64,000 nucleotides of DNA from Octopus vulgaris (Eukaryota), in NCBI GenBank assembly GCA_951406725.2, contig OX597817.1, forward strand, positions 81,220,001 through 81,284,000. Reading direction: 5' to 3'. The notes below the pieces were generated by a model. The model did no database searches. It had not been told where the DNA came from and was given only the letters and a program-made list of their open reading frames with translations. The position numbers were made by a program, and so were the translations under genes. How positions within the stretch are numbered: position 1 is the stretch's first letter; the number at the start of each line of letters is the position of its first letter. Shown one piece after another: positions 1-12,419 of the stretch.

Positions 1-1557
1 AAACACTGAGGTCAATATCAGACATGGCTAAACCAATAAGGGAATTTCCTCGTGATCGTTGACCCTATTTAAAATGGAAGCCGAAACACCTTCTAATCAT
101 ACCCTACCATCCTAAAAATAAGCTGCCCCAAATATACAAAAAGACGGGATGATTATGGTTGGAATACCTTTTATCATAGATTTGTTTGATCAGGGTTGAT
201 GAGGCTTCTAGATTAATCGAATTGTGTTTATATAGGGCTACTGCAACAGCATCGTTTCAACTTAACTACCAAACTGCAAATCACCTCCACCAGAGCTTAC
301 GCGATGACCCTGTGTCTCATGCTCTTATCTCCCTGGCTAATTCTTACATCACATATAACACATCCCAGACTAAACACTTCACTCAATCACTTGCTTTCCT
401 CTGGAATTCCTTCTATGCTTATATCTTTTCTTATGCATATATCGGACTATGGAAGTTTAAATTGAATATCTATAGTAGTGTTGGATGTTATCCAATGATA
501 CTAGTTAATCGTTCATAGACGTCGAGATGCGGTGTAAAGCCGAAAGAAAATGACACTATCGGCCTTCCGCGTGTCGAAGTAACACCACTGGCTCATGTAC
601 TGAAGCAAAGAATTTCAAACGTTTATCTCGTTTCATAAATAATCTTATTTTATGTCGGGATGTTTACACTCAAAATGCTGGTGTTGTTAAACTGCAGAAG
701 ACATCTTTGAACAGAGTAACTTAGTGTATTGAATGTGAACTCACGCAAAATACAGTGCAACTGTTACGATCAAACATGGCGTATCATGAAAAATGCTAGT
801 CGCAGACGAAAAGGTAACTGCTCTATTGTTGTAATGGAAACAAAACAATAGTTACATTATTAGAAGCACCCTCAAGTGACTAAGTCAATTGTTCCAAAAT
901 TGCTGACAACAAATTATAGCTTAAGGGTGATTATCCCAATTTGCTCCATAATCCCGATCAAGGGAAATCGCCCATCTTAAGTTACGATTTTGTTTTTTGT
1001 TTTTGTTTTGTTTTTTTGTTTGTTTGTTTTTTGTCATTGCTACAGTAGCAGTTTCACTATTGAAGGGAGGATCTCGTAAACATTTCCCCTCTTCTGTGAA
1101 ATCAATTAATAATACTGAGTGGAGTTAACATGCAATATTTTATGTGACAAAAAACTAAGCACGAGTTGTTAACAATGATTTGAATTCATATACTGCCTCT
1201 GATACGAGTACCGCCTTTAAGCAAGACATTTCCACCCACCCAGTATAGACATTTTACATGGAAACCACAATGCATGTTGACAATATTATATGTAATGAGA
1301 AAGCTTTATTATAGCTAATTATTATTTGTTTCCTGTTCCTGTTGTTGTTGGTGGCGGTGATGGTGGTGGCAGCGGTGACTGTTTCTAAGCTTTTTTTTAT
1401 TTTATCTTGGTGATACTTTTTATCACTTGTCGCATTTCTTTCTTACTAATTCCAACGACATCTTTTTAAAGTGACCTTTAGTATGTTATTTCACCTTGAA
1501 ACTACTTCTTCGGTTTGATTCTTTTGCAGAATAATCCCTTGCCTCTCACTGTTTTAG

Positions 1558-3015
1558 GTCTATAGATGAGTCTATACGTTGGTTAATTGCCAAAGACAGA
1601 TGGACAGAAGCAAAACGTCTGATTAAGAAAGCTGCAAAAAAGAATGATGTTGACTATGACCAAGTGGCGTATGTTTATCGCCATTTTGATCCGTTGGGAT
1701 CAGAAGCCTCCCACTCAGACACCTCGTCTCATGTAATTGGAGATGTTGTAGATTCTGCAAAACTGAATTCCATTGAACCTTCTCTAAGTGCCTATACAGG
1801 AGAAATACCTACCCAAATCACGAATGACACTGAATATGTCGACAGTGCTCACAAATCATCGAACAGCTTTTCTCCAAAAATACAGAACAAAAATGTCCAC
1901 ATAACAAGTGCTTCTGGTCAGCTGGCAAAACAGATAAATGCCAACTCTTCGAAAATTAATTCTGCACAAACAGAAGACAGAAATATCGATACAGCGAAAA
2001 ACGATGACTCTGAAATCAGAAATGTCGACAGTTCAAACGTTTGTCTTGAAGGCTTGGTTGTAAATACAGACAAACATCAACAGAGAGACTTCCAACTGAC
2101 AGAATCTACTTCCTGCCACCAGACAGTGTATGTAAATGTTAACATCGAAAACAATTGTCACAAACAGGCAGAAGACAAAGACGCCGTTGTAAACGATAGT
2201 TCCCGCTCCTCACAGCATGTACAAGACACAAATTTTGACATCAAAACCGAAGACACTGTCTCCCAACAAACACAAAAACTCAATACTGACGCCATGAATA
2301 TTCTTTCCAAACGGACAAACCCAACAAAAGCGAATAATATCGCCAAGAACACTAGTCTGCAAGATATACATGACATCAATGAAGACATTGGAAAGGTTGA
2401 ATTACAACAAACTAATAACATACTAACAGACATAGTAAATACAAATGTAAACTTTGATGAAATGTATTCAACAAAAGCAGAATATATAAACGCCGACCTA
2501 GATGCATTCCAACAGATACCGGATAAGAATGATATCGTTTTAAAAAGAACATTAAGTGCAGTAATGACTTCTCATATACATATTCAGAACGAAGACCTGG
2601 GAATACGTACTGAAAGTATGCCTAGTATTAATAAAACATTGCCTAATAGTATCCATGACAATGATCGACATATAAATGCTAGTAATGAAACAGACGACAA
2701 TCTAGGTACTTACAACGATTCGTCAGTATCTCAAGAAGCGTTACAAGTCGATCGTAATATTTATAACGAAAACAACTTTGTGAAATGTAATGGCCGTCTA
2801 CCAGAAATTGAAGCGGGGGTGTCAGAAATTGCTGCAATCACTGAATTGATGCCAATAAACACAATTATATCCGAACAGCAGCGGGAGAAACCTTCACGTG
2901 CTCACAAACAGCTAACAGAGACGGCAGTGAGATCGCGTTGCCAACTTCCCGGCATGTTGTACATCATCAAAGAACCTGTCTTGCGTAGAATTGTTTTCAT
3001 TTGTTTATATTTGTG
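1558..3015 (+). CDS. SLC22 (organic cation transporter-like, MFS) gene, internal exon encoding the greatly expanded TM6-TM7 cytoplasmic loop
   Basis: Acceptor ttttag|G at 1557/1558 and donor TG|gtaag at 3015/3016. Reads SIDESIRWLIAKDRWTEAKRLIKKAAKKN (cf. SLC22 PESPRWL..G...EA..I...A..N), then ~410 aa N/D/S/T-rich, then IIKEPVLRRIVFICLYLW. Same frame as ORF 1664..3019. Confidence 0.88.
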
Positions 3016-3222
3016 GTAAGTATGTATGTGTACACACACACACACACACATTAAATTATTGATACGGAAGAAGAATAACTAGAAGCTTTATTAGAACAGC
3101 AATCGTTTCGGCTTCATTCTGTATTGCTCCCGAGTGGACGGAGGACAATGTAATGACATCAGATGCAATGCATTCTAATGCCTCCTTTCTAAAGCTTAAT
3201 TTTTTAAATTTAAATTTAACTG

Positions 3223-3280
<58 letters not shown>

Positions 3281-3839
3281 CTTTGACGTTATATCCTTAA
3301 TTTTTTAATAGTTAAATTTAACTTATATATATATATATATATATATATATAGGCTACCTTTGACGTTATATCCTATAACGTTTTTTTGAAACAAACTTAA
3401 TAGCGTTCAGTTAATTACTATACATATCCATCATTTTCTGTTAAAATGTCTTATTGGCGAGTTTCATTTCTTCATTTCCCTGAAAAAAGAGATTAGATTG
3501 TTTTACACCATTTTATTTCTTTGGAATAATACCAGTGATATCTTCGAAACATGTGTCGGAAGTAAAAGAATTTGAATAAAACCTGCCTTTAACTCCATAT
3601 ATATATATATGAAGCAGTATTAAATAAAAATAGCCATCTACGCATCATCCTTAATGCTTATATATCATTGAAAGGCAAGTTACAGGGGTTTTCGTTCGAG
3701 AGATCTACTGCTGGAACGATTTTTCGTCTCCCTCCGCTATATAGTGTTTCTAAACACAGCACGTCCATCAGAGACGTTATTTCATATGAATACCGCAGTA
3801 ATTTGACCGTCATCGATGTATATACATTAAGTATCGGAC

Positions 3840-4130
3840 TCACGGCAAGGTCGGGAGTTCGATTCCCGGCGGCGTGTTGTGTCCTTGAGCAAGACACTTT
3901 ATTTCACGTTGCTGCGGTCCATTCAACTGGCAAAAGTGAGTAATGCTTGTAATTCAAAAGGGCCAGCCTTGTCACATTCTGTATCACGCTGAATATCTCT
4001 AAGAACTGAATTAAGACTACGTGTGTCTGTGGAGTGCTCAGCGATTTACACGTTAATTTCACGAGTCGGTTGTGCCATTGATCGGATCAACTGGAACACT
4101 TGTCATCGTAACCGATGGAACGCCCGGCCA
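3840..4130 (+). mobile_element. tRNA-derived SINE (family D)
   Basis: B-box-like gttcgattccc followed by gtgtccttgagcaagacactttatttcac. A related copy at 30375-31070 is interrupted by an RTE 3'UTR piece; another related head lies at ~14932. Confidence 0.65.
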
Positions 4131-4139
4131 TATTTGTAC

Positions 4140-4745
4140 TTATGCAAGTATACATGCATGCTTATGTATGTATATATGTGTGTGTATGTATGTATGTATG
4201 TATGTATGTATGTATGTATGTACGTATGCATGTACGTATGTATCTACTATGTATGTATGTATGTGTGTATGTGTGTATGTATGTATGTATGTATGTATGT
4301 ATGTATGTATGTGTGTATGTGTGTATGTATGTATGTACGTATGTATGTATGTATGTATGTATGTATGTATGTATGTATGTATGTATGTATGTATGTATGT
4401 ATGTATGTAGGAATGTATGTATATGTATAGATTTGTATGTTTGCTTTATGTATGTATGTATGTATGCAATTATTCAGTTTATTTCAAGATTTCTTGCCAA
4501 TAGAGAAAGAACCGATTTCTAACCTAGATCCAAGGTTCCTTCATTGGAATTTCAACATCAACAACAGGGTATTTTTGTTTGTATGTATGTATGTATGTAT
4601 GTATGTATGTATGTATGTATGTATGTATGTATGTATGTATGTATGTATGTATGTGTGTATATGTATAGATTTGTATGTTTGTTTTATGTATGTATGTATA
4701 TGTGCAGATTTGTATGTTTTGCTTTATGTATGTATTCTCATGCAT
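4140..4745. repeat. (TATG)n compound microsatellite
   Basis: Directly visible; source of the MYVC/HTYI pseudo-ORFs. Confidence 0.95.
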
Positions 4746-4777
4746 ATAGTTGCATATCTAGACATGCTCATATATAT

Positions 4778-4990
4778 TTAAATGATAAACTTCTGGAAAG
4801 TTTTACAGATTTTTACAGTTCCATTGATGGATTTGACCTTCGAATTAGCTTTCTCCTTTCTGGTTTTGAGAAGCCTAATTTCTCAAGATTAGTATTTAAG
4901 CAGTGTGTTACATATCCCAGGGCACCAATAATTACAGGTATAAACCTGAACTTGTAATCTGGATAGAGTATCTGTAGATTTCTCAATAGA
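4778..4990 (-). mobile_element. 3' fragment of an R4/Dong-like (restriction-like endonuclease) non-LTR retrotransposon
   Basis: LLRNLQILYPDYKFRFIPVIIGALGYVTHCLNTNLEKLGFS...; the P(V/I)IIGALG motif is typical of the C-terminus of REL-endonuclease LINEs. Confidence 0.6.
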
Positions 4991-5206
4991 CATGTATGTA
5001 CGTATGTATGTGCGTAGGTATATATGTATTTATGTATGCACCGTTTGTATGAATGCGTGTGTGTGTATGTGAGAGAGAGAGAGGGGGGGGAGAGTTCCAA
5101 ACCGTAAACTACAACATTTCACCAAAGTACTGAAATTTTACATAGTGTTACATCTTTGCATGGAGACGGTCATAACTCATGTGACTTTTCCAACAACTTT
5201 CTGTAA

Positions 5207-5361
5207 GGCTGTGGTAAGAAGCTTGCTTCCCAACCACACGGTTCTGGGTTCAGTCCATCTGCGAAGCACCTTGGGCAAGTGTCCTCTTCTATAGCCTCGG
5301 GGCGACCAAAGCCTTGTGAGTGAATTTAGAAGACGGAAACCGAAAGAAACCCGTCATGTAC

Positions 5362-5430
<69 letters not shown>

Positions 5431-5630
5431 CGTATCCGTGTTTGTCTCCTAACCACTGCTTGACAACCAGTGTTGGTTTGTTTACGTCCCCATAGGTTAG
5501 CGGTTCGGTAAAAGAGAAAGATAGAATAAGTATTAGGCTTTAAAAAGGTACTGGGGTCAATCGGTTCGACTTTTCAAGGCGGTGCCCCAGCATGGCCGCA
5601 GTCAAATGACTGAAACAAGTAAAAGATAAA
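5207..5630 (+). mobile_element. tRNA-derived SINE family A
   Basis: Head gtggtaagaagcttgc...gggttcagtcc, central (GT)n, tail gcatggccgcagtcaaatgactgaaacaagtaaaag; more than 10 copies in the window. Confidence 0.85.
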
Positions 5631-5671
5631 AAGGAATATGACCTAGGATACTTCTATAATTATTTTTTTTT

Positions 5672-6031
5672 TTTTACTTGTTTCAGTCATTTGACTGCGG
5701 CCATGCTGGAGCACCACCTTAAAGGGTTTTTTTTTTACTTGGAAGAAATCGCCCACTGGACTTATTCTCTGCAAGCCAAGTAATTACTCTATCGGTCTCT
5801 TTCGCCGAACCGTTATGCTAGGGGGACGTAAACACACCAACGTCAGATGTCAAGCGATGGTGGGGGGACAAACACAGACATAAAGACACACACACACATA
5901 AATATATATATATACGGCGGGCTTCTTTTAGTTTCCGTCTGCCAAACCCACTCACAAGGCTTTGGTTGGCCCGAGGCTATAGAAGAAAACACTCCCCCAA
6001 GGTGCCACGCAGTGGAACTGAACCCGGAACC

Positions 6032-6062
<31 letters not shown>

Positions 6063-6232
6063 TACATACGTCGGGCTTCTTTCAGTTTCCGTCTGCCAAA
6101 TCCACTCACAAGGCTTTGGTCGGCCCGAGACTATAGTAGAAGACACCTGCCTAATGTACCATGCAGTGGGACTGAACCCGGAACCATGTGGTTGGGAAGC
6201 AAGCTTCTTACCACATAGCCACGCGTATGCCT
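5672..6232 (-). mobile_element. SINE family A with an internally duplicated head segment
   Basis: Reverse complement of family A; 5919-6032 is repeated at 6072-6186. Confidence 0.85.
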
Positions 6233-6281
6233 ATATAATATAATAAACATAGAATCTATATTAACTTGTGATGTCTTGCAG

Positions 6282-6416
6282 GTTTGTTAACACCCTGGTT
6301 TATTACGGACTTTACTTCACATCGGAAACTTTAGCAGGAAACAGATATTTAAATTTCTTCTTATACGCCTTGGCTGAATTCCCTTCTCAAGTTCTAGCTC
6401 TGAAACTATTAATAAG
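6282..6416 (+). CDS. SLC22-like exon (TM7-TM8)
   Basis: tcttgcag|G ... AG|gtaagt. Translates (W)FVNTLVYYGLYFTSETLAGNRYLNFFLYALAEFPSQVLALKLLI(R), a typical SLC22 YYGL...G..YLNF....L.E.P segment; phase 2/2. Confidence 0.93.
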
Positions 6417-6451
6417 GTAAGTCACATTTTTTTTATTGGAATATAACATGT

Positions 6452-6845
6452 AGGCGCAAGGCGTGGCTGTGTGGTAAGAAGCTTGCTTCCCAACCACGTC
6501 GTTCAGGGTTCAGTCCCACAGCGTGGCACTCTGGGCAGTGTCTTCTACTATAACCTGGGCAGACCAAATCCTTTTGAGTGGATTTGGTAGGCGGAAACTG
6601 AAAGAAGCCTGCGGTCTCTGTGTGTATGAGTGTGTCTTTGTGTCTGTGTTTGTCCCCCCACCAGCGCTTGACAACCGATGTAGGTGTGTTTACGTCCCGT
6701 ATTTTAGCAATTCAGCAAAAGAGACCGATAGAATAAGTACTAGGCTTATAAAGAATATGTCCTGGGGTCGATTTTTTCAACTAAAACCCTTTAAGGAGGT
6801 GCTCCAGCATGGCCATAGTCAAATGGCTTGAAACAAATAAAAGTA
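6452..6845 (+). mobile_element. SINE family A, full length
   Basis: ggcgcaaggcgtggctgtgtggtaag (A box), gggttcagtccc (B box), family tail. Confidence 0.85.
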
Positions 6846-7140
6846 AAAGAAATAAAAAATAAAAGAATACATATATAATACAAAAAACACATTAAAAATA
6901 CAAATTGTAAACTGGGAGAAAAAATGGAAAAAGAGGAACAAAGAAAGAAAAAGAAAGAAGAAAAAGGCATCAATTCAACACCAGGCGTCAATTGAAGGTT
7001 GAACGGGACCTACTGAAGGAAGCCAAGAAGCTTGCGGAATTACCACGGGGTATGGTGAGCTAAGCACCCTCACGGGCATCACCGAGCACCTCGGTAAGGC
7101 AAGCCGCCAACGATGACAAGAACTTCACCGTTGGTGGCCC

Positions 7141-7761
7141 GCGAAATTTTTTTCCCACGAGAGTTCCGGACCCCCAGTTATGAACTCATTTGCATACAGC
7201 CAATCAGAGCTCGATTACCCAACTAATTTATGAGGGCATAACAAGTGATGGGTGACAAGATAAGATCACTTGGGTAAGGAATGACCATGCCTCTTTCTCT
7301 TTTAATAATGCTTGTTTTTGTTCTTGTTTCAACCATGGCTGCCTCTGCGTAGTTATTTGTCTTGTTTTACTTTGTAAAACAGTAAGGGGAGAGGGTTGCT
7401 AACACATCACCCTCTACCCACATTTTCCCCATCCACATATTTACTAGATGGGGCCCTAACAAAATCCGATAATAGATACAGATGCAAATCTATCTAATTA
7501 CTTGTTTCTTTCTAAAATCAGACATAACTTGGCGATCGGTCGACTTACAACACCGTTCTTCGTCTTGAGTTTACTTTGTAGGGTTTGTTTTACCAAGAGA
7601 TTGGTTGTTTTTGACACATTCACGAACGTTATGTTGGACTTTGCGTCTAGGTATCATCTGAGAGCTGAACGGCAACAGCAAGGTCAAGGTGAGCTCTGAT
7701 TGGCTGTATGCAAATGAGTTCATTACTGGAGTCCGGAATACTCGTGGGAAAAACATTTCGC
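7141..7761. repeat. ~72-bp inverted repeat pair (7141-7212 / 7691-7761)
   Basis: gcgaaat..ttcccacgag..tccgga..tgaactcatttgcatacagccaatcagagctc and its reverse complement. Confidence 0.85.
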
Positions 7762-8548
7762 TGGCGGACCAGCTCCTCCAAACGTCTCAAGCGCCACAGG
7801 CTGTTTTGTTGTTGTTGTCGTCGTTGTTGTTGTTGTTGTATTGATAACGACAACTACAATAGTTTGATAGAATCTCATATACGGTTTGTGTTATAGGGAC
7901 AAACATACACTTAATACATTCAGTTTAACAACCACCACCAACAGGGCCATGGAGTGAGAGTCCTTAATAGAATCCACCCTACTGCAAGCATCTGCCAGTA
8001 TCCTGGCTTTAAGACTAAAATCCCCTTTTCATCTTTTCAGTCATGTAGATAATTTAAACGATTCACAGCCGATGCACTTCTGACTTTAAAATATTCAAAA
8101 CAAAATATTCAAGACAAAATTCCCCTTCTCTAAATTTGCGGTCTTGTGCCTTTTCTCAATAGAAATCAATAAGTTCTGTTATATAAGAACACGGGCATCC
8201 CTCAAATTACGTTGTTTCGCGTTACGTATTTTTCGACTTCAAGTTGGCTTCTCTTTCTTTTTTCTGGTGCTTTTAAGAAAGTAATGGGAAAATAAAACTC
8301 AACTTCCGATTTTATGTCGCCCTCAGCGAAAATATTTAAAAGCATACAGATTTTTAAAAAGCACCGGAAAACCAATACTGGAGTGGAAAAAAAATCAAAT
8401 AAAGTACGTGCGAAAATATACACAAACCATTTATTAAAACAGATATACACTATTTCACGTTACGTCGTTTTCCGAGTTAATTCGCGTATCTTGGAACCAA
8501 TAACAGACATAAGTTGTGATATGCTAGCATTTACTTTTCTTTCTTCAG

Positions 8549-8634
8549 AATTGGGCGGAAGAAAACGTGTATTCTTTTCCAGAGTATCGCCGGTGGAAGT
8601 CTAATTGTTGCAGTTATACTTCGTATGAGTTCAA
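8549..8634 (+). CDS. SLC22-like exon (GRK loop, TM9)
   Basis: ttcttcag|A ... A|gtaagt. Translates (R)IGRKKTCILFQSIAGGSLIVAVILRMSS; phases match both neighbours. Confidence 0.88.
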
Positions 8635-8690
8635 GTAAGTCCCCTTTGTGATTCTTATCCAAGGAACCTAATCTTAAATACACACACACA

Positions 8691-8756
<66 letters not shown>

Positions 8757-8866
8757 ACTGGAAACATTATTATGGGTTTTTGACATTTTTGGTATTTCTA
8801 TAAATAGAGGTAAAATAAACTAAATTTATGTATCGGCAGATAATTTATTTCCTATTACTTACACAA

Positions 8867-10080
8867 CTAGTATTTCAGTTTACCCTCCTCTAGTAGAATT
8901 AAGGGCTTGTACACGTCGAGGCATGCCACGAACTAGCATTCTGCACAAATCCTTGATTCTGTTCCAATGGAACCAAACTTGTATGAGGTGCTCAATAAGG
9001 AGGCATTTGGTAGTAATAGGAGATTGTTGTATTTCATCTTTCAACAGACACTATAGGCTCTCAATTGGATTCATGTCAGGTGAATTTCCTGACCATGGAA
9101 GTACGTTAACAGCATTTTCGGCTAACCATGTCTTTACCGATTTTGCTGTATGACATGGTGCTGAGTCTTGTTGGAATATCTAAGACCTGTCCCCATACCA
9201 TTCCCGTACTTGTGGTATTACTCTACTTCTAAGTACCTCTATGTAGTTCTCTTGATTCATAGAACCTTCAATTATTTTCAGGTGACTAGTTCCATGGGCA
9301 GAAATTGTCCCCCAAACCATAAACTTCTGTGGAAATTTTTGTGTTTTTTCGAAGATAATCCGGACGAAATTCTTCGCCAAGCCTTCTTGCACTTTACACC
9401 CGATCATTGAGCATTGCTATGGTGGATTCATCCGAAAACACCACCTGCAACAATTGAAAACCATATTAGATTAATAGGACATCCAGAATAAGTTATTGTT
9501 TCAGTTTATCACAATCAGAAATTAATAGCTATTTTTAAATAATCCTTTGTAAAGCTGGTTTGATGATTGAAATCAATGATAATATCTTTATTTTATCAAT
9601 AATATTATATTTTATCATGGATACAATACATAAAGATTCTAATCCACTATTTTAGATACTCTTACCTGCTCCCATTGCTCAGAAGTCCTTGCAATGTGAT
9701 TTTTAGCCCATGCATGTTTGTTTTTTCCTTAGATGATATGCGTGTAAAAGTCTGTTGTTAATTGTTCTTCCATGCACATTGATGTTCCATTAATTTGCGG
9801 AAAATCTTACTATAAGATGCTCTTCTATTATTGAGAGAAATTCTTTTTTATTTTTCTATTAATCCTAGGGGTTGTTACTCGTTTCCTACCACAGTTACCA
9901 ACCCTTTCTGCCATGAAATCTTCGCTCTTTTCCATTTTTTTTTCTTAATTGCACTAATTGTCTGAGTTGAAACATTTAACTTCTTTGCAATGCAATTTCT
10001 CTCTGTTTAATTGATGCATCCCTCAAATACACTTCTATTTGTCTAATTTTATGGAGACAAAGATCACTTTGTTTACCCAT
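8867..10080 (-). mobile_element. Degenerate Tc1-family (DD34E) transposase gene with a GT-AG intron
   Basis: MGKQSDL...REIA; AWAKNH...EQWEQ|VVFSDES; FMVWGTIS; FQQDSAPCHTAK; WSGNSPDMNPIE; MPRRVQA; frameshifts and stops present. Confidence 0.88.
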
Positions 10081-10584
10081 CTTGGCCTGGAATTGAAATA
10101 ACATGTTATTTACACTTTAAGTGCAACTTACTACAAGAATTTGTAACAAATATAACACAGAGTAACTAAAAAGTCATTAGAACATATACAAGCACCCAAC
10201 GCCGATCACTACAATAGGACAACTCGTGCAGTCACGCACAAAATTACAGTTTCCAAATCCTGTTTTCTGACTGGGTAAAAAAAACTATTAAATTTTAAAC
10301 CTCTATAACTCATTTTTAAAATTTTTTCTGGAAAAAGTGAAATACCACCCGAGATTCAGCGTGGAAAATTACATCAATACACCAAATTTTTAAGTTTTCA
10401 CTAAACTGAAATTTTCACAGGTACAGCCAAACAAAAAAGATCCAATTATTTATATGGAATACATAGAGGCTGTATTGTGACTATTGCTTGACCAACGGAT
10501 ATAAGTCTTGAAATGCATTATTTTTCTTCCCACTTTGGTTATTCTTAGTATTATCCTTATCAATGTCATTTTAATACATTCCAG

Positions 10585-10705
10585 GTGAAGATTCGTATGC
10601 TGTTATGGCGGCTACCATCTTTTCATTGATTGGCATGTTTGGCATCAGCGGATCTTTTCTTGTTAATTGGCTTTACATACCAGAATTGTTCCCAACTGGA
10701 CTACG
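10585..10705 (+). CDS. SLC22-like exon (TM10, ELFPT motif)
   Basis: ttccag|GT ... CG|gtaaat. Translates SEDSYAVMAATIFSLIGMFGISGSFLVNWLYIPELFPTGL(R). Confidence 0.93.
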
Positions 10706-10719
10706 GTAAATATCAAACA

Positions 10720-10792
<73 letters not shown>

Positions 10793-11100
10793 AAGCACGT
10801 TCATTGAAAATAAACTAAGAGAAATAACTCTAAGTGACCAACATAAATTCTTGATTTATTAAAATTATCTCCACCTGTAGAGGATGTGTCACAATTATCA
10901 AATAGCAATTGAGACCAGTTCCATATGAGGAAGGGAAATAATCTATAAAAATTGTCATGAACTTTGTTAGCTTACAACTGTTCCTACTAAAGATGCAATG
11001 CGCTCATACTTCAGTGCTTGTATATCACCCTATAGCTTCATCGGAGCTTCAAAAATGAAGGGCAATTTTATTTGTGGAAGCGTTTACATTATTATTTAGA

Positions 11101-11263
11101 CGTAGGAGTGGCTGTGTGGTTAGTAGCTTGCTTACGAACCGCGTGATTCCGGGTTCAGTCCAACTGCGTGGCACCTTGGGCAAGTGTTTTCTACTATAGC
11201 CGCGGGCCGACCAAAGCCTTGTGAGTGGATTTGGTAGATAGAAACTGAAAGAATCCCGTCGTA

Positions 11264-11349
<86 letters not shown>

Positions 11350-11630
11350 TGTATGTATGTATCTATGTATGTATGTATGTATGTATGTATGTATGTATGT
11401 ATGTATGTATGTATGTATGTATATGTTTGTGTGTCTGTGTTTGTTCCCCCAATATCGCTTGACAACCGATGCTCCGTAACTTAGCGGTTCGGCAAAAGAG
11501 ACCGATAGAATAAGTACTAGGCTTACAAAGAATAATTCCTGTGGTCGATTTGCTCGACTAAAAGCAGTGCTCCAGCATGGCCACAGTCAAATGACTGAAA
11601 CAACTAAAAGATTAAAAGAGTAAAAGAGTA
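11101..11630 (+). mobile_element. SINE family A, full length, with central (TA)n(TATG)n
   Basis: Same head and tail as the other family A copies. Confidence 0.85.
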
Positions 11631-11939
11631 TATGTATATAGTTCACAGATGAGATCCATTCAGAGATTCTCCGTATAGAAGACACTTAGTAATGCTAAGA
11701 TTCAAACTTAAATTCCGATTTCATTACAGCGGACCATTCCACAAGGTAACGAAAGGCTATAAGCTCAAGCTGAACGGGTGTAGAGGCAGTTATGCGGATA
11801 AACAAATTAGACACATCAAATATATTAAATATATTAAATACATCAAATACAAAATATGTATATATGTTTGCATGCAAAACGAGAGAAAGCAAATTTAATA
11901 TATTTGATGTGACTAATTTGTTTATCCATTTAATTGCCA

Positions 11940-11990
<51 letters not shown>

Positions 11991-12228
11991 CATTATCAAT
12001 GAAAATGCATAAACATATGTACGAAAAGAAGTCAAGCGTTTGATGGGGAGAAGGCCCTCCAAGAAGTAGGTGATATATATTCTTACCTCCATTAGTAAAG
12101 AGGTTATGTGTCGCCGGCCAGCATGTCTAATGAGAGTTGCCTATATTGCTAAGAGTAATTAATAAACATTAATCAAATGGTATCTTTCTGACCTGTCATA
12201 ACAAACAACTACACACACACACACACAT

Positions 12229-12312
<84 letters not shown>

Positions 12313-12419
12313 CTGCCTTTTAATGGAGCTTGAAATACCTGGTTTATGGATATACAACTATTTGAGTAGTTGCTGTTTGTGTAGACTAAACTATATTTTG
12401 TTTATATATATGTATATAT

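Noticed and set aside
186-518. 110-aa ORF
   Set aside because: No recognisable motif, non-ATG start, and overlaps repeat-like intronic sequence.
1664-3019. Stand-alone 451-aa gene
   Set aside because: The frame extends upstream to a splice acceptor and the stop lies inside a donor site; it is an internal SLC22 exon.
4023-4957. Numerous MYVC/HTYI/CVCV ORFs (also near 11049, 24052, 57297 and 59410)
   Set aside because: Translations of microsatellites.
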